A stretch of DNA of 64,000 bases, from assembly GCA_963798375.1 (NCBI GenBank), contig CAWCTG010000032.1, positions 72,232 to 136,231 of the forward strand. Reading direction: 5' to 3'. Shown here piece after piece: positions 20,863 to 31,401 of this stretch (the stretch's first letter is position 1; every line of letters starts with the position of its first letter). The position numbers were made by a program, and so were the translations under genes. This DNA comes from Candidatus Binataceae bacterium (lineage in GTDB: Bacteria; Desulfobacterota; Binatia; Binatales; Binataceae). Below the pieces are notes generated by a model, which was not told the origin of the DNA, did not search any database, and worked only from the letters and a program-made list of their open reading frames with translations.

Positions 20863-21891
20863 TTGGCGCGCCGAAAATCTGCTCGCGGAGTCCGCTCCAG
20901 GCCGGGGTGTCGAACGCCAGGATGATCAAAATGACGAGACCCTGGATAACCTGCACCAGCTCCGGCGAGACACCCTGAGTTCGCTGCATCGCCTGCGAGC
21001 CGTTGTCGAGCGCGCCGAACAGGATCGCGGCGGGAATGATGCCGAGTGGATTCAGGCGCGCCACCAATGCGACCGCAATTGCCTCGAAACCCCATCCGGG
21101 CGAGAGCTTCTCGTACAATCGATGCGAAATCGCGGAGATCTGCACCGCGCCGCCAAGCCCGGCCAGAGCGCCTGACAGCGCCATCACCCACAACGTGAGC
21201 GACGGGATTCGGATGCCGAAGAATGTCGCGGCGCGCCGGTTGCGGCCCATCGCGCGCAGCTCGAATCCGGCTCCGGTGCGGAACAACAGCAGGTAGCACG
21301 CGGCGGCGAGCACGACTGCGAGGATCATGCCCAGGTTGATGCGGCTCGGCGCAAAGTAGAATTCAAGCTGGGCGGCGCGTGCGATTGGCGAGCTGGTCGG
21401 ATACGCGCGCGACGGTTCCATCAGCGGTCCATGCACGACCCAACTGAGCGCCTGCACGGCGACGAAGTTCAGCATGATCGTGCTGATAACTTCGTTTACG
21501 TCGCGCCGCGCGCGCAGCCATCCCGCCACGCCGCCCCAAACCGCGCCGCCAAGCGCGCCGGCGGCGAGAATGATCGCAATTGCGATCGCATGCGGAAAAT
21601 TGCCGAGATGCGGACCGATCGCGCCGGCCGCGATCGCGCCGATCGTAAGCTGCCCGTCTGCGCCGATATTCCATAGCGCGCCCGAGAAAGCGAGCGAGAC
21701 TGCAAGCCCGGTGAAAACCAGCGGCGTGGATTTCACAATTGTATCCACGCATGCGTACCAGTTGCCGAACGCGCCTTCGCCAAGCGCCGCGAACACGCCG
21801 AGCGGAGACGCGCCGAGAGCGGCGAGCACGATCGAGATGAGCGCGGCGGCGAGCGCCAGCGCTGCAAACGGTTTCGCAATCGAGGACAGCA

Positions 21892-21892
<1 letters not shown>
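20816..21892 (-). CDS. ABC transporter permease
   Basis: Multi-TM permease; its start overlaps the downstream permease. Confidence 0.8.
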
Positions 21893-23368
<1,476 letters not shown>

Positions 23369-24691
23369 CTAGGCGGCGCTTACGCCGTAATGGATGCGCA
23401 CATATTCGAGCGCGGCTTCGCGGGTTTCGAGCGCGCCGTCGAGTTGATGATCCTCGACGTCCTTCAAAATTTCCTTGAAGCGCGGCCCGGGCGTAAATCC
23501 CAACTGCTTCAGGTCTTCGCCGCCGATTAAACGCGGTGGCCGAATCTCGGCCGCGGTCATCGTCGTCATTGCGCGGCGGCAAAAGTGCCAGAAGCCCAGG
23601 TAAGAGCTCGACGCCATCGCGTCCATAAACGCGACTTCCATCAATTCGTCAAACCCGTCTTCCGCGAGCATTCTTTTCAACGTCGCCGGGCGCATCCGCG
23701 GCGCCATGCAGAGCTTCAGATGATTCTTCACCAGGTATGCGACCCGCTCCTGGACCGCGCGCGAGCGCTTGAGCCGCGCCATGATTTCCGCCGCCATCAC
23801 GGCGCCATCCTCGGTATGCCCATAGAACGTGACCTTGTCGCCGGTGACCGCACGGCATTGCGGTTTGGCGATGTCGTGCAGCAGGATTCCGAACGCAACG
23901 GTCTCGCTGCATCCGGCGGGAAGCATCGCGACGCCGATCCGCGTATGGGTGTACACGTCGCCCTCGGGATGGAAATTTTCCGGCTGCGCGCATCCGGGCA
24001 TCAGGACGACTTCGGGCAGGATCAATTGCATCAGGCCGCTGTCCATCATCAGATCCATCGCGCGCGCGGCGGCGCCCTCGGTCATCATCATCACGATTTC
24101 TTCGCCGATTCGTTCGGCCGCTATTCCGATGATCGTCGGCGCGGCGCGTTTCATCGCGGCCCAGGTCGCCGGATCGATCGTGAAGTTGAGCCGCGCGGCG
24201 AAGCGTGCGGCGCGCAGGATGCGCAAATGATCCTCGTCGAAGCGGTCGTAGGGATTTCCGATCGCGCGGATGATTCCGGCGCGCAGATCGCGCATCCCGC
24301 CGACCAAATCGATCAGGCGGCCGGCGATCGGATCGTAAAACATTCCGCCAATGGTGAAGTCGCGGCGAACAGCATCCTCCTCGATCGCGCCGAAGCGCAC
24401 CGACGAGGGCCGGCGTCCATCGACATATTCGGCATCGGCGCGAAACGTCGCGACCTCGAACAGATCGTCGTCGATCAGCACGCCGATCACGCCGAACTTG
24501 GCCCCGACCGCCACGGTGCGATCGAACAGTTTCTGCACCACCTGGGGACGCGCGTCGGTGGCGACGTCGTAATCCTTGGGCTCGACGCCAAGAATTCGAT
24601 CGCGCACACATCCGCCGGCGAAGACGGCGCGAAAGCCGGAATCGACGAGACGTTGAACGATATAGAGCGCCTTTTGCTCTTTGTCGCTCAT
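23369..24691 (-). CDS. cca: CCA tRNA nucleotidyltransferase / poly(A) polymerase family with HD domain
   Basis: GGCVRDRILG...DYDVAT head-domain motifs; HD motif LLHDIAKP. Confidence 0.85.
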   Translation of the reverse strand: MSDKEQKALYIVQRLVDSGFRAVFAGGCVRDRILGVEPKDYDVATDARPQVVQKLFDRTVAVGAKFGVIGVLIDDDLFEVATFRADAEYVDGRRPSSVRFGAIEEDAVRRDFTIGGMFYDPIAGRLIDLVGGMRDLRAGIIRAIGNPYDRFDEDHLRILRAARFAARLNFTIDPATWAAMKRAAPTIIGIAAERIGEEIVMMMTEGAAARAMDLMMDSGLMQLILPEVVLMPGCAQPENFHPEGDVYTHTRIGVAMLPAGCSETVAFGILLHDIAKPQCRAVTGDKVTFYGHTEDGAVMAAEIMARLKRSRAVQERVAYLVKNHLKLCMAPRMRPATLKRMLAEDGFDELMEVAFMDAMASSSYLGFWHFCRRAMTTMTAAEIRPPRLIGGEDLKQLGFTPGPRFKEILKDVEDHQLDGALETREAALEYVRIHYGVSAA

Positions 24692-24786
24692 GGGCGACTC
24701 TCCAGACGCGCATTTTATAGCGGCGCGATTGGGAGGCGCCATACGGGGGGAGAGGCACCTAACAGCGAGAGTAAACCGACAGCGCC

Positions 24787-25575
24787 CTAGCCCTCGCCCA
24801 GGCGCGCTTGCCCCAGCAGGATTCCGCCATCGACGGCGATCACCTGGCCGGTCACGTTAATCGCCTTGTCGGAGCAGAGCCACGCCACCGCGCGGCCGAT
24901 ATCCTCGACGGTCTGTTCGCGGCCGAGCGGAACGAGCTGGCCCACCACCGAGTCGAAGACCGTGCGCGCGTTCGCATCGCCGCCGCCGAGCACCGCGCCC
25001 AAATCCTGCCATACTTTGGTGTAGATGAGCCCCGGGGCAACCGCGTTGACGCGAATTCCGGCCGGACCAAGCTGGAGTGCGAGCGTTTTGCTGTACGAGA
25101 TCACGCCAGCCTTGGCCGCGGCGTATGCGGCAAGCATCGGAGACGCCTGCAGGCCGGCAACCGATGAGGTGTTGCAGATCGCGGCGCCACTCTTCATCCG
25201 CGGCGCAACCTCGCGCGACACCAGATAAACCGAGTTCAGGTTGAGATCGACATAGCGGCGCCACGTTTCGACGCTGTCCCACTCGCGTTGATTCCCACTC
25301 TCGAACCATGCCCGATCGCCGCCGCCGGCGTTGTTGCATAGCACGTCCGGATGAGCGCCGAAGCGGGAGACAATCTCCTCGACCGCGCCATGCACCTGCT
25401 TCTCGTCGGTGACGTCGGCGGCGAAGCCTTGAACCTGGGCGGCGATCGCGGCGGGTGGCGGCGCCAGATCGCGATCGATGACGGCTACCCTCTCGACCAC
25501 CTTTTCTTCCAGCAGCGCGTTCACGATCCCGAGTCCGAGTCCGCGCGCTCCTCCTGTCACGATTGCGTATTTCAT
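24787..25575 (-). CDS. SDR-family oxidoreductase
   Basis: MKYAIVTGGARGLGLG Rossmann motif; YAAAKAG catalytic motif. Confidence 0.85.
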   Translation of the reverse strand: MKYAIVTGGARGLGLGIVNALLEEKVVERVAVIDRDLAPPPAAIAAQVQGFAADVTDEKQVHGAVEEIVSRFGAHPDVLCNNAGGGDRAWFESGNQREWDSVETWRRYVDLNLNSVYLVSREVAPRMKSGAAICNTSSVAGLQASPMLAAYAAAKAGVISYSKTLALQLGPAGIRVNAVAPGLIYTKVWQDLGAVLGGGDANARTVFDSVVGQLVPLGREQTVEDIGRAVAWLCSDKAINVTGQVIAVDGGILLGQARLGEG

Positions 25576-25615
25576 TGATTTTTTCTCCGGGGCGAACTGT
25601 GTGCGTGCCAGGCGC

Positions 25616-26689
25616 TCAGGCTGCTTCCTTGCGCCTGCCCGAGTATTCCTTTCTATAGACGCGCAGCAGAGCCGCAAACACCGACATAATCGCGGGGCCC
25701 AGGAACAGGCCAAGCGGCCCGTACGCTTCGAGCCCGCCGAGAATCCCGAGAAACAGCGCGATAGTGGGCAGGCCCGTGCCGTGCTTCATCGCCAGCGGCT
25801 TGACGAAATTGTCGATGACCGCGAGCGCGATCGAACACCAGATGACCAGGCCGACCGCCGCCGACCAGCTCGACGCAAAGCCCAGGTAGAGCGTCGCGGG
25901 AATCCATACCAGTGCAGTGCCGCCGATTGGCATCAGTCCCGCGGCAGACGATGCAATCGCCAGGAACAGCCAGTACGGCACGCCGAAGATCAGCATGCCC
26001 AGGCCGATCGTCACGCCCTGCAGCACGGCGGACAGCATCAGGCCGCGCATCACCGACGACAGCGTCGTGCGCAGCGTATCGAAAATCGCCTTCTTGTCAT
26101 CTTCATGCAGCGGGGTCAGCTCGCGCAGGCTGCGGTAGTAGTAGTCGCCGTCGCGCAGCATGTAGAAAAACGCGAGCAGCGTGATTCCGAAGTCGATGAT
26201 GAACGAGAGGACGTTTTTCGCGGCCTGGGTCGCATTCCTGGCCACGTAATCGCTGGTCATCTGCGCCGCTTGCAGCGTGAGCTTGGGCAGCTCCTCGTCG
26301 AGCTTGTAACCGCGTTCCCCCATCCGTTTGGCGACCCATGCGCCGAGTTCGGTGTTAACCAGCCGATCGTGCAGCTTCATCACGCCGCCGCTATTCACCA
26401 TTTCCGTGGCCTGCGCGTAGAGCGTCTGCGCCTCTACCACGAGGCGGCCCGACGCCCAGATTGCCGGCAGCACCACGACGAGGCCGACGACCACGCTGAT
26501 GATCGCCGTCGACAGCGATCGCCGCTTGACGTACTTTTCGACTTCGATCAGCGCGGGATGCGCCATGAATGCGAGCAGGATTCCCCACGCCAGGGGCGTC
26601 AGGAACGGCAACAGCAGTTCGTACAGCTCGTAGGCCATCACGGCCAGAAAGCCGAAGAAGAACAGCTGCACTATGCGCTCGCGATCCAT
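25616..26689 (-). CDS. AI-2E family transporter (UPF0118/PerM)
   Basis: Eight TM helices; family-typical N-terminus. Confidence 0.85.
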   Translation of the reverse strand: MDRERIVQLFFFGFLAVMAYELYELLLPFLTPLAWGILLAFMAHPALIEVEKYVKRRSLSTAIISVVVGLVVVLPAIWASGRLVVEAQTLYAQATEMVNSGGVMKLHDRLVNTELGAWVAKRMGERGYKLDEELPKLTLQAAQMTSDYVARNATQAAKNVLSFIIDFGITLLAFFYMLRDGDYYYRSLRELTPLHEDDKKAIFDTLRTTLSSVMRGLMLSAVLQGVTIGLGMLIFGVPYWLFLAIASSAAGLMPIGGTALVWIPATLYLGFASSWSAAVGLVIWCSIALAVIDNFVKPLAMKHGTGLPTIALFLGILGGLEAYGPLGLFLGPAIMSVFAALLRVYRKEYSGRRKEAA

Positions 26690-26880
26690 TTTCTTAAGTC
26701 CGTGACTGTCCCTCCGTGCGCGCGCGATACTTGGCGCGCAAGCTTAGCAGATGCCCCCGTTACGGTCGCCTGCCGGCCCACGCTGAATCGGGATGCGCGA
26801 TGCTTCGGTTGCCCGCCAGCCCAATATCGGTTACCGTTTGCGTTTGCTTGACGTATCTACTCAATACCCCTCGCCCGTGA

Positions 26881-26955
26881 AGGCACGTAGCTCAGTGGGA
26901 GAGCGCTTCCTTGACACGGAAGAGGTCGGCGGTTCAATCCCGCCCGTGCCTACCA
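26881..26955 (+). tRNA. tRNA-Val (anticodon GAC) with encoded CCA
   Basis: Hand-folded cloverleaf: acceptor AGGCACG/CGTGCCT, D-stem GCTC/GAGC, anticodon stem CTTCC/GGAAG with loop TTGACAC, T-arm GGCGG-TTCAATC-CCGCC, discriminator A, CCA. Confidence 0.9.
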
Positions 26956-27057
26956 GGTCCGTGCCCACCGCCTCGCGCGCGAATTTCGTCCCGCCAGTTC
27001 ATTTCATATGCGCCTGAAGTTCGCTCCGTACCCCGCAATGATTAGAATCTTCGCCTG

Positions 27058-28998
27058 ATGAGTTCCCAAGTAACCGTAACCTTGAACGGCGAATCGCGCG
27101 TCGTGCCGGTTGGCACTATCGTTCGCGACGTACTGGACGGGATTCCGAGCCGCGAGCTGGTGGCCGCGCGCGTCAACGGCAAGGTCGTCGATCTCACGCG
27201 CAAGCTCGAGCACGACGCGTCGGTCGAGCCGGTGCTGGCCGACTCGCCCGAGGGTCTCGAGGTAATCCGTCATTCCACCGCACATCTGATGGCGATGGCG
27301 GTGCAATCGCTGTATCCCGGCACGCAGGTGACGATCGGTCCGGTAATCGAGGACGGGTTCTTCTACGACTTCGCGCCTCCCGCGCCGTTCACGGTCGAGG
27401 ATCTGCCGAAGATCGAAGCGAAGATGCGCGAGCTGGTGAAGGCCGACCACAAGATCCAGCGGACCGAAGTCTCGCGCGAGGACGCCATCCGCAAATTCTC
27501 GGCGATGGGCGAGAAATACAAGGTCGAGATAATCCAGGGCATCCCGGACGATCAGGTGTCGATCTACAGCCAGGGCGACTGGATGGATCTCTGCCGCGGA
27601 CCGCACGTCCCCTCGACCCGCTATCTCAAGGCATTCAAGCTCACCAGCGTGGCCGGCGCGTATTGGCGCGGCGACGAGCACAACGCGATGCTGTCGCGAA
27701 TCTACGGCACCGCGTTCGCCGGCAAGGAGGCGCTCGAGGAGCATCTGAAACTCGTCGAGCTCGCCCGCCAGCGCGACCATCGCAAGCTCGGCCGCGAGAT
27801 GGGCCTCTACATCTTCGATCCAATCTCGCCGGGCTCGCCGTTCTACCTGCCCAAGGGCGTCATCATCTTCAACGCGCTCGTTGACTACATGCGGCGACTG
27901 TACCGGCGCTACGGCTACGACGAGGTGGTCACGCCGCTGATTTTCAAGAACGAGCTTTTCAATACCTCCGGGCATTGGGAAAATTTCCGCGAGAACATGT
28001 TCCTGTCGCCGGATCCCGACAGCGATACGCATACTATCGATACCGGTCCCGACGGATGGCATCACGGCTACGGGCTCAAGCCCATGAATTGCCCCGGCCA
28101 TGCGCTGGTGTACCGCGCCGAGAAGCGCTCGTACCGCGATCTTCCGCTGCGCCTGGCGGAGTTCAGCAGGCTGCATCGCGCGGAACGCTCGGGCACGCTG
28201 CACGGCCTGATGCGGGTGCGCGCGATGTCGCAGGACGACGCGCACATCTTCTGCCGGGAAGATCAGATCGAGGACGAAATCGCGCTGAATCTCCAAATGG
28301 TGCGCGACGTTTACGGCGCGCTGGGTTTCGAACGCGTCGAGTTCAAGCTCGCGACCATGCCGGACAAGCATCTCGGCACCGAAGAGCAATGGCGGGTGAC
28401 CGAGGCAAAGCTCGGCAACGCATTGAAGCGCAACGAAATCGCGTACGAGATAAATCCGAAGGAAGGCGCGTTCTACGGCCCCAAGATCGAGATTTACGTG
28501 TCCGACGCGCTCAAGCGCAGGTGGCAGGTCGCGACGATCCAGCTCGATCCCAACAACCCCGAGCGCTTCGACCTGACCTACACCAACAGCGCCGGCGCCG
28601 AAGAACGTCCCGTGATGATTCATCGCGCGATCCTGGGCTCGCTCGAACGCTTTATCGGCGTGCTGATCGAACATACCGGCGGCGTGCTGCCTTTGTGGCT
28701 CGCGCCGGAGCAGGTGCGGGTGCTCTCGCTCAGCGAAAAGGTCGAGACCTATGCGGGCGAAGTCACCGGCCTGCTCAGGCGCGAGGGATTCCGCGCCCAT
28801 GCCGACATCCGCAACGAGAAGCTCGGTTTCAAGGTTCGCGAGGCCGAACTCGCCAAGGTGCCGTATATGGTCGTGGTCGGCGAGCGCGAGGCCGCCGATC
28901 GATCGGTGTCGCTCCGGCTGCTGCGCGGCGAGAAGAGCAATGCGATGCCGCTTGCGGCGCTGGTCGAGCTATTGAAGAAGGAGCCGATCCCGGCTTAG
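27058..28998 (+). CDS. thrS: Threonyl-tRNA synthetase
   Basis: 646 aa; TGS domain; class II motifs; HRAILGSLERFIGVLIEH. Confidence 0.95.
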   Translation: MSSQVTVTLNGESRVVPVGTIVRDVLDGIPSRELVAARVNGKVVDLTRKLEHDASVEPVLADSPEGLEVIRHSTAHLMAMAVQSLYPGTQVTIGPVIEDGFFYDFAPPAPFTVEDLPKIEAKMRELVKADHKIQRTEVSREDAIRKFSAMGEKYKVEIIQGIPDDQVSIYSQGDWMDLCRGPHVPSTRYLKAFKLTSVAGAYWRGDEHNAMLSRIYGTAFAGKEALEEHLKLVELARQRDHRKLGREMGLYIFDPISPGSPFYLPKGVIIFNALVDYMRRLYRRYGYDEVVTPLIFKNELFNTSGHWENFRENMFLSPDPDSDTHTIDTGPDGWHHGYGLKPMNCPGHALVYRAEKRSYRDLPLRLAEFSRLHRAERSGTLHGLMRVRAMSQDDAHIFCREDQIEDEIALNLQMVRDVYGALGFERVEFKLATMPDKHLGTEEQWRVTEAKLGNALKRNEIAYEINPKEGAFYGPKIEIYVSDALKRRWQVATIQLDPNNPERFDLTYTNSAGAEERPVMIHRAILGSLERFIGVLIEHTGGVLPLWLAPEQVRVLSLSEKVETYAGEVTGLLRREGFRAHADIRNEKLGFKVREAELAKVPYMVVVGEREAADRSVSLRLLRGEKSNAMPLAALVELLKKEPIPA

Positions 28999-29077
28999 GA
29001 AGTTCATCCGGCCACCGAGCCGGAGGAGGTGCTTTATCCGAAGAGATTTCAGAACCCCGCCCTCAAGGGAGCCCGCG

Positions 29078-29569
29078 ATTCGCGTCAATAACCTGATTCG
29101 CGCTCAAGAAGTCCGTGTAATCGACGCCGACGGCAGCCAGATCGGAATCCTGCCCCTGCGTGAGGCGATCAAAGTGGCGGAGGGCCGCGGCCTGGACCTG
29201 GTCGAGGTCTCATCGACGGCGACGCCCCCGGTGTGCCGGGTCACCGACTTCGACAAGTACCGATACGCGCAGAAGAAAAAGTCGCACGACTCCAAAAAGC
29301 ACACCATCAGCATGATCAAGGAAGTGAAGATGGGGTCGGCGACCGGCAAGCATGATGTGGACTTCAAAGTTAATCACATCAAGCGCTTTGTTGGAGAAGG
29401 TCATCGTGTTAAGCTCACGGTTTCGTTCCGCGGCCGCGCGATCACCCATCCGGAACTCGGACGGGCGCTGATCGAGAGAATCATCGCGCAGGTTACGGAC
29501 ATCGCGCAGGCGGAAGGCACGCCACGGATGGAAGGACGTAACATGTCCGTGCTGCTGACGCCGCGATAG
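29078..29569 (+). CDS. infC: Translation initiation factor IF-3, predicted to start at ATT 29078
   Basis: The N-terminal domain IRVNNLIRAQEVRVIDADGSQIGILPLREAIKVAEGRGLDLVEV lies upstream of the first ATG (29174). In-frame ATT with AAGGGA 8 nt upstream. IF-3 genes classically use AUU/AUA starts. Confidence 0.75.
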   Translation: MRVNNLIRAQEVRVIDADGSQIGILPLREAIKVAEGRGLDLVEVSSTATPPVCRVTDFDKYRYAQKKKSHDSKKHTISMIKEVKMGSATGKHDVDFKVNHIKRFVGEGHRVKLTVSFRGRAITHPELGRALIERIIAQVTDIAQAEGTPRMEGRNMSVLLTPR

Positions 29570-29605
29570 GAGAAAATTTCAGGAAAGAAGCAAAGCGACT
29601 ATCGT

Positions 29606-29803
29606 ATGCCGAAAATCAGGACCAGCCGTACCGCCGCCAAGCGCTTTTCCGTGACCAAGAGCGGCAAGGTCAAGTTCAAACACGCGTATGCCCGCCACAT
29701 GTTCTCGGCCAAAAATCCGAAACAGAAAGCGCGGCTCCGCAGGACCGGTATCCTGGGCAAGGCCGACGCCGAAAAAGTTAAGATAATGATGCCGTACGCT
29801 TGA
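29606..29803 (+). CDS. rpmI: 50S ribosomal protein L35
   Basis: MPKIRTSRTAAKRF... Confidence 0.95.
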   Translation: MPKIRTSRTAAKRFSVTKSGKVKFKHAYARHMFSAKNPKQKARLRRTGILGKADAEKVKIMMPYA

Positions 29804-29853
29804 ACGCGGCCGATTAACTCACCGGATATCTACCAAGGAAGGATTCGACCCCG

Positions 29854-30219
29854 ATGCCTCGCGCCAAAGGCGGACCCAAGACGCGCCGCCGTCATAAGCG
29901 TCAACTCAAGCTCGCCTCCGGTTTCGTCGGCGGGCGCAAACTCTACCGGCAGGCTCGCTCGACGCTCGAAAAGGGCCTCACCTACGCCTATCGCGATCGC
30001 AAGCAGAAAAAGCGCGATTACCGCACGCTCTGGATTGCGCGTATCAACGCGCTCGCCCGCGAAAGCGGAATCTCGTACAGCGCGCTGATGAACGGGCTGA
30101 AGAAAGCGGGCGTCGAGGTCGATCGCAAGATGCTCGCGAAGCTCGCGCAGGAGCGCGACGGATTGTTTACCGAGCTGGTGCGCACCGCGAAGAGCGCGCT
30201 CGGCTTGCAAGCAGCATAG
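29854..30219 (+). CDS. rplT: 50S ribosomal protein L20
   Basis: MPRAKGGPKTRRRHKRQLKLASGF... Confidence 0.95.
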   Translation: MPRAKGGPKTRRRHKRQLKLASGFVGGRKLYRQARSTLEKGLTYAYRDRKQKKRDYRTLWIARINALARESGISYSALMNGLKKAGVEVDRKMLAKLAQERDGLFTELVRTAKSALGLQAA

Positions 30220-30354
30220 AGCCGCGCCGTTCCAAGCGCCGCGCACCAGGAGACCATGTGGGTGATTGCCCGCGTGGTTTTTTGTTTTTCGTTGCTGCAA
30301 CATTGCACAACGGATCAATGGCCGGACTGAGCTGGAGATGCGGGGAAGACCACG

Positions 30355-31401
30355 ATGAGAGAACAACTCGAAGAAATCAGGCACCGTGCGATGGCGGAAC
30401 TCGCCGACGACGCCGGCGAAGCGCAAATCGACGCGGTTCGGGTGCGCGTGCTCGGCCGCTCGGGTGAGCTTACGGAAATCATGCGCGGGATGCGCGAGGT
30501 TCCGGGCGCGGAGCGGCCCGCCATCGGCCAACTCATCAATCAGATCAAGCGCGAAGTCGAAGCGCGCATCGAGACTCTGAGCGAGAAACTCAAAGCCGCG
30601 GCGCTGACGAAATCGCTCAATGAAAAACGCCTCGACGTGACGCTGCCCGGCATGCGCATCGCGCGCGGCCACATCCATCCAATCACCGACATTCTCGAAA
30701 AAATGTTGCAAATTTTCGAGTCCATGGGCTTCGAAGTCGCGATGACCCAGGATATCGAGGACGACTTTCACAACTTCGCGGCGCTCAACTTCCCGCCGCA
30801 TCATCCGGCGCGCGACATGCAAGACACCTTCTACCTCGAGGGCGGGATGCTGCTGCGAACGCATACCTCGAATGGCCAGATCCGCGTGATGGAAAAACGC
30901 CGGCCGCCGCTGGCGGTCGTTTGTCCCGGCCGATGCTATCGACGCGACGACCTGACCGTGCGCAGCTCGCCGATGTTCACGCAGATCGAGGGTTTCATGG
31001 TCGATAAACGCGGCCGCATCACGATGGCACATCTCAAGGGCGTGCTGACCGAATTCGCGCGCGCGTTTTTCGGCACGACCGCGGTGCGCTTTCGCGCCAG
31101 CTATTTTCCATTTACCGAGCCGAGCGCCGAACTCGACATGCATTGCCTTCTCTGCGACGGCGCCGGATGCCCGGTCTGCAAGCATTCCGGATGGACCGAA
31201 GTGCTCGGCTGCGGAATGATCCACCCCAACGTGATGCGCGCGGTCGAGTACGATCCCGGCGAGTACCAGGGCTTCGCCTTCGGCATGGGCGTCGAGCGCA
31301 CCGGTCTGCTGGAGCTCGGCGTTGACGACATGCGTCTGTTTTTCGAGAACGACCTCCGCTTTTTGAGCCAGTTCCCGGCGCTCAGCGCAGGCGTGCGATG
31401 A
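30355..31401 (+). CDS. pheS: Phenylalanyl-tRNA synthetase alpha subunit
   Basis: Class II motifs FRASYFPFTEPS and GFAFGMGVER. Confidence 0.95.
   Translation: MREQLEEIRHRAMAELADDAGEAQIDAVRVRVLGRSGELTEIMRGMREVPGAERPAIGQLINQIKREVEARIETLSEKLKAAALTKSLNEKRLDVTLPGMRIARGHIHPITDILEKMLQIFESMGFEVAMTQDIEDDFHNFAALNFPPHHPARDMQDTFYLEGGMLLRTHTSNGQIRVMEKRRPPLAVVCPGRCYRRDDLTVRSSPMFTQIEGFMVDKRGRITMAHLKGVLTEFARAFFGTTAVRFRASYFPFTEPSAELDMHCLLCDGAGCPVCKHSGWTEVLGCGMIHPNVMRAVEYDPGEYQGFAFGMGVERTGLLELGVDDMRLFFENDLRFLSQFPALSAGVR

Noticed and set aside
30258-30467. 69-aa GTG-initiated ORF overlapping the pheS start
   Set aside because: It overlaps pheS and has an Arg-rich nonsense tail. Only its first ~10 codons (the Phe-rich stretch) may be meaningful as a leader.
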